From the human T2T-CHM13v2.0 reference genome, Homo sapiens, in the NCBI RefSeq assembly GCF_009914755.1, contig NC_060940.1: 64,000 bases of DNA; one strand, given 5' to 3'. The notes under the pieces are model-generated. The model saw only the letters and a list, made by a program, of their open reading frames with translations. It was not told the DNA's origin and did not search any database. Of this stretch, positions 15,883 through 29,871 are shown in pieces. Both the position numbers and the translations under genes were made by a program. Within the stretch, counting starts at the first letter, position 1; every line of letters begins with the position of its first letter.

Positions 15883-16834
15883 AAAGAGGAATATACATAT
15901 GCAGCAACTCTAGATGAAAAACTAGGGTAGTTACCTACTCTAAAGTACAAGAGCATTATTCCTCTTGAGCAATAATGCTGTGAGCTAGCATAGCATTTAG
16001 TTATTCTATCTTTTTTCGAACTTGAAACCTGCAGGAATAAAAAATAAATTAATGTAGGATTGGGAATACCATATTAATTATGATGACCCTACAATAAGGA
16101 GTTATTTACATATTTAAAACATAAAAATTAGGCCTGAAGGAACCTGTGTTTGACTATGCTTATTTAATCTCAGGATACTACCTGCAAGGCTGAAGTTGAA
16201 GGTCCAAGCCAGACTCCCTGGACCACTCTTTGATATATCTTCTGAATGCTAGATGATTAGATTCCAACAGAATTCAGGGCACCTGCAATATTAACTTCAA
16301 AATAATCCAAGGAAGAAATCGATGCATAGAAAAATGACCTATAGAAACCAATTTATAGAGTTTCAAAAAAAGGAGAAAGAGATATGTTTTTAATGTTGAA
16401 ACATTTCAATGAAAAGTAAGTCCAGATTGAAATTATTTGGGCCTGGCCAACATTTAGATTTAATGATGAAAGTGAAAAATTACTTTAAGTGACAAAAATA
16501 TAGGAATGCTCAAAATTTCATATCTAAAAGGAAATTTATTTTAATTTGATTTAACCAGGTAAGTTCATGAGTAAAAGGCACTCTGCTAGGCATGGGGTGG
16601 GGGAGGGAATACAAAGATGAGTGATATATGTGTCCTATGTCTGGAAGGGTTTAGAATTTAGCAGCACAAAGAAGATATATAGAAATAGCTATGCTATAAA
16701 AGGGGCAAAATACTGTGTTATCTCAGAGGATTATAAGCAACTTCTTGGGAGAGGTCAAAATCAACCAAACTCTGGAGCAGTGGAAGGATTTTAACCTATG
16801 GAACTGGATGAAGGGAGAAGTCTCTGCAGAGAAG

Positions 16835-17642
16835 TGTTATGGGTTGAATTGTGTCCCCCAGAAAGATACGTTGAAGTTCTAACCACCAGAATCTGTAAGT
16901 GTGTCTTAGTCACACTCTGTAAGTGCACTTATAAGATGATACCATGGCCGGAGTGGCTTATAAACATCAGAAATTTATTTCTCACAATTCTAGAGGCTGG
17001 AAGTCCAAGATCAGGATACCAGCATAATCAAGTTCTGGTGAGGGCATTCTTCTGAGTTGCAGACTACCATCTTCTCATATCCTCACAAGCGGAAAGAGGA
17101 CAAGGAGCTCTCTGGGGTGTCTTTGATGAGGACACTAATTCCATCATGAGGGCTCTACTCTCATGATCTAATTACCTCCCCAAAGCTCCACTTCCTAATA
17201 CTATTGCACTGGGGGTTAGAATTTCAATCTAAAAATTTTGATGAGGACACAAACATTCAGTGCATACAGAGTGTGACCTCCTTTGGGAATTGCGTTTGCA
17301 GATATAATCAAGTTAAGATGAACTCATCTGGATTAGAGCTGGCGTCTTTATAAAAAAAGGGAAATTTGGACACAAATATCCAGGAGAGAAGGCCATGACA
17401 AGATAGAGGCAGAGACTGGAGTGATGTATCCACAAGCCAAGGAGCACCTAGGGCTGCAGCAACACCAGAAGTTAGAAGAGGCAAGGAAGGGTTCTTCCCC
17501 TAGGGCCTTCAAAGAGAAGATGGCTCTGCTGACACCTTGATTTTGGACTTCCAGCCTCCAGAACTGGGCAAGGCTACATTTCTGTTGCTTGAAAGCACCC
17601 AATTTGTAGTGCTTTGTTATGGCAGCCTTAGGAAACTAATGC
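16835..17642 (+). mobile_element. MaLR LTR (MLT1C-like) carrying a nested antisense MLT1A/MST-type LTR at 16902-17268
   Basis: Outer tgttatgggttgaattgtgtcccc...ggaaactaat. Inner tgtcttagtc...tgcataca flanked by 5-bp aagtg/gagtg. Confidence 0.85.
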
Positions 17643-17649
17643 GAGAGGG

Positions 17650-19200
17650 AAAAAGATGAGGCCTAGAGGTAGGAAGTGTGGGACTTATTCTGAAAGGTGA
17701 AGTTTGGATTGGCTGGAGAGCAGTATGTGTAAAGACCAATTATAGAGATTACGTCTGGGAAAAAAAGGAGCCCAGATGGTGGCATTTGGGGCTTTTATCT
17801 GTAGCATATAAAGCACTATTAGGAGAGAGAGTCATGGAAGATTCAGGACATGCTGGAAGAATAGATTGGAAGAAATGGGAGCAGGTAGCAGGTTGCAGTG
17901 AAATTTGAGACGAGAGGTGACATGCTGGACAGTGGCAGTGCTCACGGAAAGTAAGTGTTAGATTTGACAGGGGTGGAGGTAGAGTTGATAGAACCTGGAG
18001 ACTAATTAGGTGAAGAAGGCACAAAAATAATTTTTGAGTCTGGGAGATGGGAAACAGGAAACCCAGGGGGTAGAGTTGGTTTGGAAGAATGTGTTGAGGA
18101 GAAAAGTCTAGTTTTTAGTAAATGTTTATGTCCAGCAGAATGCTGGAAATGTGAACTTGCAGTATTTGTTGGGATAGAAATATAGATCTGGGAGCCAGCT
18201 GCACTGAGGACATAGTCAATGGCCTGGAAATGGTTGCAATCATCACAAGAGTTGAGTGATCATAAATGGAAGAGTTGAACACTGGGGGAGCACCTCCATT
18301 TAGAGGGTGATAGAAGGATGAGGCAAATATAAATTAGAGTTCCAAGAGGGTAGCCAAGATCAATCCAAGTCAAAGAAGCCAAGGATGTGTTTTATGAAGG
18401 AGAGGGTGATCAATGACAGAAAATGCTGCAGAGAGATTGAGGAGGACAAGGACTCAGGAGAAGTCATCAGATATAGGGATTAGAATGTCAATAGTAATTT
18501 AGGAGAGGACAGTTTCAAATTAATGGTATGAGAGGTCACTTTAAAAGGGTTTAGAAATGATTAAGAGTGAGAGAGGCTAATATTCATGGATTATTCTTTT
18601 GGCAGGTTTGGTAATGAAAAGAAGGAGAAAGATGAGCTTTTTGTTGTTCTTGTCATTTTATGGTAGAAAAATATTTAAGTATATTAATATGTAAAAGAGA
18701 AGAAACCAGAAATTTGGGAGACTTGTAAAAAACAAAACAGAATGGAATAACTGATGGAACAGGGCTCTGGAAGGAAAAGAGATGGATTTCGACTAAGGAG
18801 CAAATTAGCTTTGGAGTTTGCAGATGGGGCAGTTTCCTTTCTGGCACAGGCAAGGAAATAATAGGAGGGGTTGTAAATCACTTGGATGTGGAAGGGGGAA
18901 ATTGAAGTTCATCTTAGAAAGTCTCATCTCAATAAAGCAGAAAGCAGGTCAACTTGGGAGAGAGATGTATGGGTGAGTGGGCTGCAAGCTTGAGGGATGG
19001 GAAAGATGATATCTTTGGGGAATATGATTGAGAGTAAATAAAAGAATTGCTAACAGGCCTAATTGAGGTGGTAGCAATAGTGCTAATAGACATATTTAAT
19101 TTTAATTGACAAGACATAACTTTCTACAACAAGGTCTGCCAGCTTAGGAGAAGCATGCAGGTGGAAAAGCAGATGATGAAGAGAGTCCAGTGTTGGTTTT
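17650..19200 (-). mobile_element. Long degraded L2 LINE
   Basis: Purine-rich L2 antisense motifs such as atagatctgggagccagctgcac and aatgctgcagagagattgaggagg. Confidence 0.65.
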
Positions 19201-19569
19201 AGGCCTAATTTTCTCCTTAATCCAAATCCATCTCTCTTCCTTCCAGAGGAAGCTCATAATACAAGGGATCCCAGGGCATAGTAAAGGCTAGGTTAGAACA
19301 GGCATTTGAAAGGCTTCTTGGGTGAATGTCAATTCCTTGTCCTTCAAAGTAGCCTAAAAGTAGCGAAAGAATAAAGAATAAAGAAAAAATTGTAGGTAAA
19401 GGATAAAAATCATGTTCCTTTCTTCCTTCTTTCTTTTAATTTATTCATTCAGCATATAAATAATTTGCCAAATGCCCCTCCATGCCATGGCATGGGAAAG
19501 GAAGGCTGTGCATCAGGTCTGTAAGATTAGGTTGCTTACTCTTCAGTGTGTGAAATAACAAGAACAGTA

Positions 19570-19795
19570 CACACTCAGCTTGCACTATCTACCAGGAATT
19601 GCTGTAAGTGCCTGTCCACATATTAACCATATTAACTTAGTACTATAACCTTCAAAAGTAGGAACAATTATTTTGCTAATGATGGTACTGAACTTCAGGG
19701 AAGTTAAGTGACTTGTCAAGGTCACATAGCTAGTTGCCAGCATAGCTGGGGTTTTAGTAAGTCTGGTTCCAGGGTCTGTTCTCTTAATCACTATA
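19570..19795 (-). mobile_element. MIR SINE
   Basis: gttaagtgacttgtcaaggtcacatagctagt core. Confidence 0.75.
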
Positions 19796-19850
19796 CTATA
19801 TGAACTAAAAAGTTTTGAAATGGGTTATAAGTAGGATGATTACATATTCT

Positions 19851-20146
19851 TCTTTTTTTTTTTTTGAGATGGAGTCTTGCTCTGTCACCCAGGTGAGAGA
19901 AATGGCGTGATCTGGGCTCACTGCAACCTCTGTCTCCTGGGTTCAAGTGATTCTCCTGCCTCAGCCTTCTGAGTAGCTGGGATTACAGGCGTATGCCACC
20001 ACACGTGGCTAATTTTTTGTATTTTTAGTAGATATGGGGTTTCGCAATGTTGGCCAGGCTGGTCTCGAACTCCTGACCTCAGGTGATCCACCCGCCTTGG
20101 CCTACCGAAATACTGGGGTTACAGGCGTGAGCCACTGCACCCAGCC
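19851..20146 (-). mobile_element. AluSx-like
   Basis: Reverse Alu with TSD ATGATTACATATTCT (19836-19850 / 20148-20162). Confidence 0.95.
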
Positions 20147-22254
20147 AATGATTACATATTCTAATCATTCTGGGATGGTCCAGTTTATGCCTGTTGTCCC
20201 AGGAAAAGTATTCATTGTATGCTCTTTCAATAAAAAGTCTGAAGGAGAAGTTACATGGTTACTTTAGTTATAAGAGAAACTGATCAACCACAGGGCTTTT
20301 CTTCAAATTCTTCAATGTTGGCTCATGTGATGTATAGAGACTAAGAACTGTAAGGCATTTAAGAAAAATAAATGAAATGGCTCTGCCTTTCTATGACACA
20401 CTACCTCAAGACCCACAAGAGCCAGCTTCTTTGATTCCCTTGGTCAGATCACAGCCCCTTCCCCAACCCCAGTGGCCTCCATACTTCAACTTCAACCTTA
20501 CTGGTTTTAATGAAAGGAGAAACACAGAAAGGCACATTCTCTAAGCTACCACCAAGTGGAGTTCTGCACACCTATTCTTTAAGCAGTGTTGGAAATTGAA
20601 CACACAAAACCCTACAGCAAATCTGTGCACCCATCTCTCTCTTCCTCATCTCCTTTCCTTATCTCTACTCTCAGGCCAGCACTCCACTGTTCATGCCAAA
20701 CGTCAGGCACAATAACCACATGTCATATAGATGTACAGCCTCAGCCAAAGCTGTTATAGGGCTAACGCCAGACCTTTTGCAGCAATTCTGGCTGTTTTGT
20801 GGCTGTTGGTAATGTCTTCATTTCCTGAACTCCTTCTCCTTACTGTTTTTAGGCTCCAGTGAGAAGCAGGGAAATTGGTACTAGCAACGTGGCTCTGGTA
20901 CCCTATAAGAAAGTGTTGTGCTCTTGTTGTTGCCATATCAGCTTCCTCGGAAGATTTAAAGATGTACACTCAACTCCCTATGGATGATTTTAAAAATGTA
21001 TCACTAATGGTCACTGATGACAGGCACTTATACATTGGGATTTGGCTCTTACTCTAATGATACTATTTTAAATGCTGCAACGTGCAAAAATGATGGTAAT
21101 GCCTAGGCCAGAGTAAGCAGAAAATCAGCTCAGCAAACTGAACAGAAGACATTCATCCAGGGCTTCAATATCCTGTCAAGTGACCACTGTTTTGTATGGC
21201 TTTATTATTCTCTGAGGTTTTAATATGCTGGTCCACAGAATTCTCTTATTATTTCCTTGACTGCTTTTCTATTGTCTCCTCTGTCTGTCCTGGATCCTCT
21301 GTTTTTCCTTCCTCTGAACTCAGTCTTGCAGTGAGTTTATGCATTCATAGTGATTTCAACTACAATTTATATTACAAACAGTTCCAAATACACATCTGAG
21401 CTGCCTGATGGGCATTTTACTCTTTCTCTCTTCCTTCCTTGGTAAGCTCGTCCTCTAATATGATTTCAATAGTGGCTAACATTTATCATGTCTCAGGCAT
21501 GGAGTTAATGCTTGGAACCCTACAAGCAGGGGCGCTTACTATTATCATCTTTGTCCTCCAGAGAAGGATCTAGTAAGTGGTAGAACTGAGATTTGACCCC
21601 AGACAGATTTGCTTCAGAACCTGTGCTCTTAACCACCACATTATGATGCCTCCTCACATTCAGACACTTGCTCTCTACCTCCTGACTAGACTATCCCAAT
21701 AGCTCCTTAGTGCTCCATCTGGCACCAAGCAGAGCTCAATACCATTTTTCACATGGAAGGTTTACCATGTTCCCTACTGATCACATTTAAAGTCCTCTGT
21801 TGCACCTCCAAAGTTTTCCACTGACTTCTCTGTCACCCAAGCCCATCTAGACTGCGCATTCCTGTTATGGATATTTGTGTGTCATGCAAAATGTGTGTCA
21901 CAATTCCTTAGGGTACTTCCTCTACCTAAAACATTCTTCCTATCTACTCTATAGGAAACCTTTTACCTCTTGTTTTAGGATTTACCTCTTTTAGAAAACC
22001 TCCAACTAACTATAAGTGCAAGGGTAAATGACATATAGTTAGTGATGTTGTCTTCGATTTCTTTCTATTTCCTACAGAGTCTAGTAATATTTATCATCCA
22101 TTGGATATGCAATAAAGATTGTTAATGTGCTGACATAACCATTCTAACCAACACTAGAAAGAAACCCACACATGGCTGAGAGGCACAACTTAATAATGAC
22201 TAGAGGCCAAAGTGTATGTTTTCACCTACAGTCGGGTAAGAGGAGGAATAGAAC

Positions 22255-22750
22255 TTCTGTATTGTTTCTAAGCCTGTTTGCTTTCAAATCCATTCCCCAC
22301 TTTCCCCTGTTCTGCTCTGTGTGGCTGGGATCGGATCCCCCGAAGGCTGCATTTCTAGGCTCACAAGTCAATTGGCTTCCAGATAGGTTCAGGCAATGGA
22401 AGGAGCTGAAGGGAGAATGGAGTGTGGGAGGGAGAAATTAGGCACATCTCTGCCTCCCACTCTGTTTCGGGATAGGGCTCCAGCCCCAGCTGTGTCTCCT
22501 CTGTAGCTCCAGCTCTCTTACACAGGCCTTCTTCCATGATTCCAGTTTCTATGACATGACCCTGGGCTCTGGGCTCTGGTAACGCCACTTCCTCGCTTTG
22601 TCTCTGCAGCCTAGTGAGGGTAGTGGTTTCCTGCTGTTGTTAACCTCACCACTCCCATTGGCTTCTCAGGGTCTCCCTGTAATTCCCTGCATTAAATTCC
22701 CTCTGTTGTAAATTTGTGAATTGCTGTTTTCCTGTGAAACCCTGAAAGAA
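22255..22750 (+). mobile_element. ERVL solo LTR (LTR33-like)
   Basis: gcctagtgagggtagtggtttcctgctgttg...attaaattccctctg motifs. Confidence 0.55.
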
Positions 22751-23594
22751 CAAGCAACCTTTTATTATTATTGTTGTTGTTATTATTATCCCAATAGAAT
22801 CATAGACAAACTTCCGCTAAAACAAAATCCCTGTCAAGCTATGATCGCTTTCTGACCTCCAGCTGTCTGACTAGGAGGTGAGATCCAGCCACAAGCAGAA
22901 AGTTTACAGATAAAGAGATGAACCTGACATGGCTATAACAATGGCATTAACCCTCTAAGAGGACTGACATGGCATGTTTCAAACTTACAAATCTTCAACT
23001 CTTGAGGTTCTCCAGTATAAAGACGAATTGAATAATACCATAAATACAATAGCTTGGTAAGTAAAAAAAAGAAAATGGAGAAATTATTTTGTACTTTCAC
23101 AGGTAGATGAGACTAAGTCAACCTACAGATTCTGAACTTATTTTACTATTTTATTGGTTTATTTAAAGGGACTAGTTTAATATTTAACATCAAGTGGGTA
23201 GGTTCACATTACTAAAGGAAATGGTGTCGACACTTTTAGCCTCAACATAAATTCCAAGATAAAATGAGCCATAAATCCACCCTGTGACAATCCAATTAGA
23301 ACCATGTGGTGAGCAAACAGGATAGGCATCATCTGTGTTTGAGGGCATCCTAGCTCTGCCATTCACCCAGAGCATCCACCTGCCCTGTCCCCAACTCTTT
23401 TCAATGGCGTTCTCTTGAGAGATCTTTGGAAGTATTTTTAGATAAGATTCTGCAGTTCCTGTCTGGACATAACTTCTTTGATATGGAATAAAATAATAAT
23501 CAACTGAACGACCTGTACATTTGGCCACCTAATAAATATTCATAGATAGTACCCTCTGTGCCTACATACCTAAAATGAGGAAAACTATCTATGG

Positions 23595-24430
23595 AAGACA
23601 CTACTGATTGATTAGCCCAAAGCCATTCCTAACCCCTTGTCTTTTGCAGCCTTCCCACATAGAGGCTGGGGTGGTAAATACTTGCCTTCCCAGCCGCATG
23701 GGCAGTGAGGGTGGCTTTGGTACTCATCTGACTGTGAGGTGTAAGCAGATGTCTGCCAGAGGGGTGGGATGGGACTTCTGGGGAAGCTGCTCATTTCTAG
23801 GTAGAAAGATATAGGCACAGAGGGCATGATTTTTCTCACTTCTTCACCTTTTTTCCTTCTTTGGGCACACAAATCATGGTTGATGCCATAGCACTCATCT
23901 TGTAACCAATATGAAGAAAAAGTCAAGAATCTCAGCATCTTTGGCTCTGACATCATAGATGGAAAAGGCTTGGTTCTTTGATGACATTTTTGAGTATTGA
24001 ATCAATGCCACCTAGACTTATTTGAGGGAAATAGAGCCTATTTGTTTAGCTTACTCCTTTTTTTTTTTTTTGAGAGATTGGGTCTCACTCTGTCACCCAC
24101 GTTGGAGTGCAGTGGCACAATCATAGCTCATTGTGACCTCAACCTCCTAGTGATCCTCCCACCTCACTAGGCTATAGCTGGGTGTGGTGGTGTATACCTG
24201 GAGTCCTAGCTACTCGGGAGGCTGAGGAGGGAAGATCACTAGGAGACCAAGTGCTCATTTCTAGGTAGAAAGATATAGACACTATATCATTGATTCAGCT
24301 CATTAGCACTTGACGTTCTAGTGATCCTCCCACCTCAGCCTCCCGAGTAGATAGGACTACAGGTACACACCACCACCCCCAGCTGTTGCCTGCTATTGTT
24401 GTTTCTATTCCTTGCAGCCGAATGGAGTCC
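23595..24430 (+). mobile_element. Old MLT1 LTR interrupted by a rearranged Alu (24059-24384)
   Basis: MLT1-like ccttcccagcc...gtaagcagatgtctgc, with Alu segments in both orientations. Confidence 0.7.
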
Positions 24431-24516
24431 TACCTAGTTGAAAAGACAAATTTATACTTATTACAAATGTGTCACATTCTATTATAATTGCTGGCTCTAG
24501 ATGTAGTTTATAATAA

Positions 24517-25193
<677 letters not shown>

Positions 25194-25208
25194 GGTTGAT
25201 GATCTTAA

Positions 25209-25417
25209 TAGAGGTGAGTAGACTTTTTCTATAAAGGGTCAGATAGTAAATATTTTAGATTTCATGGGCCAGTCTCTGTCACAATTACTCAACTCTGCTA
25301 TTGTAGTGTGCAAGCAGCCACAGATAATATGTAAATGGTGGGTGTGGCTGGGTTCCAGGAAAACTTTATGTATGAAGAAAGGCAGTTGGTCCATGTGCTA
25401 TAGCTTGCCAACCCCTG
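25209..25417 (+). mobile_element. MER58A-like hAT MITE
   Basis: ttttctataaagggtcagatagtaaatattttag...ttgccaacccctg. Confidence 0.85.
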
Positions 25418-25844
25418 ATCTTAGTCAAGCCCACCTTAGAAAGTGAAAATAGCTCCAAATTCCTACAGGTCCTGGGCTTCCACCTAGATCTGACAGTGTC
25501 AGTCCGTTTTCTTTTCCTTCTTGCCTCCTTCACCTGAGGGATCCTTAGGGAAGACTGATTGCAACCCCTCAGCTAAAACCAAATCAGAAGGAATTTAGAG
25601 TTCCCCTGGGAGAAATATTTCCCCAGTATATACTGTTTGGAGAGTGGAGAGAATAGTATGAGATTTCTCTCTCAACATAGATCTTCTTACAGAATAAAGG
25701 AGTCAGCGAAGGAGAACTTCCACTTTCCTCTCCCATTGGTGATGGTGAGAGACCTGTGGTGGTTATTAGTCTTGTGCATATAATCAAATCTCAGTGATTC
25801 TGGTTCTATATGAATTGTGGATTTGCTCTTATTTTCCTTCCTAC

Positions 25845-25947
25845 CTTTCCTTCCTTTCTTTTGGCCCTTGCATGTTCAAGTGATGCCAAGGAAATCCGAG
25901 GAGATGCAGCTCGATCTGTCACATCTTCTGTCTTTGTTAAGGCAGCT
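25845..25947 (-). pseudogene. FHAD1-like exon remnant, reading frame still open
   Basis: ccttccttttatcag acceptor and gtagga donor, 103 nt. AALTKTEDVTDRAASPRISLASLEHARAKRKEGK vs [26 protein letters not shown]. Confidence 0.6.
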
Positions 25948-26174
25948 CTGATAAAAGGAAGGGTGAGTAGGGGTTGGAATTATTAGCTAACATTGGATTG
26001 GGAGTTATTTGTGGATTTAAGTTATTATGTTATTCCTATCTCCTATTTCCATGGAATATTTTGTAAGTTCCCTGTCAGTGGTGGAAATGTGAATGAATTG
26101 CAGTTTCTTTTTTTGATATGGAACAGAGAAAGACCAAGCCAGTTTCAAAAATCTTAATGTATTGTGAATGCATT

Positions 26175-27051
26175 AAAAATATTTTTTTTTAAGTTGTGGG
26201 TACATAGTAAGTGTATATATTCATGGAGTACATAAGATATTTTGATACAGACATGCAATGTGTAATAATCACATCAGGGTAAATGGGGTATCTATCACCT
26301 CAAGCATTCATCATTTGTGTTACAAACAACCCAATTATATTCTTTTAGGTATTTTAAAAGGTGCAATTATTTTTTACTATAGTCACCCTGTTGTGCTAGC
26401 AAATACTAGGTCTTATTCATTCTTTCTAACAATTTTGTTTGTACCCATTAGCTATCCCCACTTCTCTCCCACCCTCCCCACTACCCTTCATAGCCTCTGG
26501 TCATCATCCTTTTACTCTCTATCTCCATGAGTTCAATTGTTCAATTTTTAGCTCTCACAAACAATTGAGAACATGCAAAGTTTGTCTTTTTGTGCCTGGT
26601 TTATTTCACTTAATGTAATGACCTTCAGTTCCATCCATGTTTCAAATTACTGGATCTCATTCTTTTTTATGGCTGAATAGTACTCCATTGTGTATATGTA
26701 CCACATTTTCTTTCCATTTGTCTGTTGATGGACACTCAGGTTGCTTCCAAATCTTGGCTATTGTGAATAGTACTGCCATAAACATGGGTGTACAGATATC
26801 TTTGATATACTGATTTCCTTTGAGTATAAACCTAGGAGTGGGATTGCTGGGTTGTATGGTAGTTCTATTTTTAGCTTTTTGAGGAAACTTCAAACTGTTT
26901 TCCACAGTGGTTGTACTAATTTACATTCCCACTAACAGTGTATGAGGGTTCTCTTTTCTCCATATTCTTGCCAGCATGTGTTATTGCCTGTCTTTTGGAT
27001 AGAAGCCATTTTAACTGGGGTGAGATGATATCTCATTGTAGTTTTGATTTG
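26175..27051 (-). mobile_element. 5'-truncated L1 (L1MA-like)
   Basis: L1 ORF2 end and 3'UTR in antisense (ORF 26657..26905 contains DICTPMF...IAKIWKQPECP). TSD TGTGAATGCATT at 26163 / 27052. Confidence 0.9.
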
Positions 27052-27239
27052 TGTGAATGCATTTTTTAAATGTTTAATTGGGAACCTCTTCTGATTTGAT
27101 CCCACTAACATGCTGAGGAACCAATGAATATTTGGGCATGCAAAACACTAAATTTCCCTGCATTTAATTTTGATGTTCAATTTGGAAAAACCAGAAATTT
27201 CCTTTAGGTGGATTCAGAATTTTCCTTTGGGTGGGTTCA

Positions 27240-27505
27240 CAAGAAAACCATCTTCCACGATCAGTGTAAATCCTTTAAGGGTGAAGTCAAATAGCTGTAC
27301 TTCCTTACATCTCTCTGCTGTTTGAGGAGTGGTTTCTGGCTCTGTCTATAGATCTGCTTCTGGAAATATAAAAAGAGTGCAAAATTGCCACAAAGTTTTG
27401 ATTCATTTTCATTAAAGAATAAGAAGTAAAACTAATGTAATGCCATTTCAGTGGCTTCACAAGGAGAAAGTACATTTTGAGGGTCTCCAGATCACTTATT
27501 TGCAC
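27240..27505 (-). pseudogene. FHAD1-like exon remnant
   Basis: LETLKMYFLLVKPL...SLMKMN...YISR/...QQRDVRKYSYLTSPLKD vs [22 protein letters not shown]...YLSR...RQRDLDLVFDKITQLKN (same QRD-x10-LK spacing). Confidence 0.65.
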
Positions 27506-27566
27506 AAGTATAGTTAGTCACAAGTACAAGAAAACACTTACAAATTTCTCTCTATCCTGATCAGTG

Positions 27567-27731
27567 TTTTTTTTTTTTTTTTTTCAGACAGGGTCTTGTT
27601 TTGTCACCCAGGCTGAAGTGCAGTGATGCAATCATAGCTCATTGCAGACTCAAACTCCTGGGCCCAAATTATTTTCCCACTTCACTTCCCCAAAGTGCTG
27701 GGATTACAGGTGTGAGCCACTGTGCCTGGCC
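27567..27731 (-). mobile_element. Internally deleted AluJ/monomer
   Basis: Alu ends joined across a deletion. TSD ctgatcagt. Confidence 0.85.
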
Positions 27732-28749
27732 CTGATCAGTCCTTAAACAGGCTAAGGGGATGAGAAAAAGCCATAATGAGCCTTCAAACTTCAACATGAA
27801 GCCCAAGACAATAGATCTTTGTCATTGCCAGATTATATGAAACTCAGATAGAATTGCCTGACCACTTCAGTTTGCTGGAGAGCAGATGATATTCAATTCA
27901 ACCAACTTTTATGGGGTTCCTGCCATTTTCCAATTACAATGCTAGATATGAGGAAGTGCTAAGGTGAATGGGTTCTCATGAAATTCACAATCTATAGGAA
28001 CAAGAGACCCATGAACAAATAAATTACAACATGAAGGACAAATGCAAGTATAGAGGTATGTTTAAAGTTATAGATGTAGTGTGAATGAAGACATGGTTAA
28101 ATTTTTCTGGGGAGATAAGAGAAGGCTAGCAGAGGATGTGATTTCGTGGGAGTAGGTGAGCGGGACCTGGGTGTGGGTAAACAAAAGTGAAAACAGGCCT
28201 GGAAATAAAGGTTGTATTCTTTTAAAACGGAGTAGCACTGGATGGTCATTTTCTGCTCTTTCCTTTGGGATTGCCACTCAGGACTTTTAACAAAGGAAGG
28301 AAACTCAACTAGACCACCTCAGATGTCATAAAGAACACTGACTTGGCACCAGAAGATCTGTACTCACGTCCTAATTCTTCAATTTAACAAGCTTTGTGGC
28401 CTTGGAGAAACTGGCTGACATTTTTGAGCTTCAGTTTTCACCTTTGTAAAATGATGCAGTTGGACTTTCCTACTGGTCCTCAAACCTTTGTGTCATGCAT
28501 TCTATCAACGTTTGAACTCTGTCCTTACCAGCCAGTTTCATCCCCACTCTGATTGCTCCTCCCTCCAACCAAAGAATAAAAGCAGCAAGCAAGAAATCTC
28601 CTTTTCCAAGCATGACACTTACATGTTTATAGGCTGTCTATGGCCCTTTTCATAATTTGTGCTTTTCAATTTTTTTTCTGGGATTTAAGTTTTAGAGAAT
28701 AAATTTTATCATGAATCTATAATTGTTCTAAAAACCTTGCAGCTTACTT

Positions 28750-28870
28750 AACCTAGTTTGTTTTCCTGCTGATTGAGAATCCTTCTAGCATCTTGCCCCG
28801 TGTTCCTCTTGAACACTCAAAATCATGGGCCCTAACTTCATTCATCTACTCCTTTTCCAGTTCAGAAAGC
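28750..28870 (-). pseudogene. Possible FHAD1-like exon remnant
   Basis: LSELEKE*MNEVRAHDFE after a pyrimidine-rich acceptor. Position fits FLDLKNLRMENNVQ. Weak match. Confidence 0.3.
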
Positions 28871-29341
28871 TCAGGCAGGCAAAGTGAAAAAGGGAATAAC
28901 ATGCACATTGGAGCTATAAATAGCAAGTGTACAAATGATTGTAAATACCAAAGGCTGAAGATGTAAGTAGTAATCAAACAGCCTTCCCTTTGGGACAGCT
29001 GCAGGAGGAAGTAGTCCAGAGCCTTCAAGGCAAAAAACAGCCTGCAAGCCCAGGTCATAAACCTTCTGTTTGCACTGGATTGTTAGGGGAAAGATTTCTG
29101 GTGCCTGGCATTGCATCTGGCCACAGTGGTTGCACAGCAGCTACCGACTGAGGAACAGACAAATGAAGCAGAAGCTCTGGGTTTGACCCTGAGTTTGGCC
29201 ACTCCTGAAACTTCTCTGCACCCTGGTGTTTTCAAATGGAAGATCAGAAATAATGACTCCTGCTTCACAAGGTTGACGTGAAGATTTCATGTAGATGTTG
29301 TTTGAATCCGAGCTTTGGAAAAATATTCAAGAAGTCATGGA

Positions 29342-29650
29342 GGCTGGACATGGTGGCTCACACCTGTAATCCCAGCACTTTGGGAGGCTGAGATGGGCAG
29401 ATCACTTGAGGTCAGGAGTTCGAGACGAGCCTGACCAATATGGTGAAACCCTGTCTTTACTAAAAATACAAAAATTAGCCAGGCATGGTGGGACATGCCT
29501 GTAATCTCAGCTACTGGGGAGGCTGAGGCAGAAGAATCTCTTGAACCCAGGGGGTAGAGGTTGCAGTGAGCTGAGATTGCAGCACTGCACTCCAGGCTGG
29601 GTGATCGAGTGAGACTCTTTCTCAACAAAACAAAACAAAACAAAAACAAA
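29342..29650 (+). mobile_element. AluSx-like
   Basis: Alu dimer with (CAAAA)n tail. Confidence 0.93.
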
Positions 29651-29734
29651 TGGTGGAGAATTTCTAGTTGGCTGACTGTAGCTACTCAGGCAGTTAAGAC
29701 CAGGTTTTCAGTTGTGAGACATCCCAGGAATTTA

Positions 29735-29812
29735 TGTATGTATGTATATGAACATATATATATATATATATATATGTTCATGCATACATATATATCTATA
29801 TCTATATATTTA

Positions 29813-29871
<59 letters not shown>
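29735..29871. repeat. Compound (TATG)/(TA)n/(TCTA)n microsatellite
   Basis: Direct reading of the sequence. Confidence 0.95.

Noticed and set aside
20755-23480. Exon-like segments GYQSHVAS... (20755-20902) and SYVQTG... (about 23380-23477) as firm parts of the fossil gene
   Set aside because: The acceptors are plausible but the peptide similarity is too weak or out of order, so they are left outside the called span.
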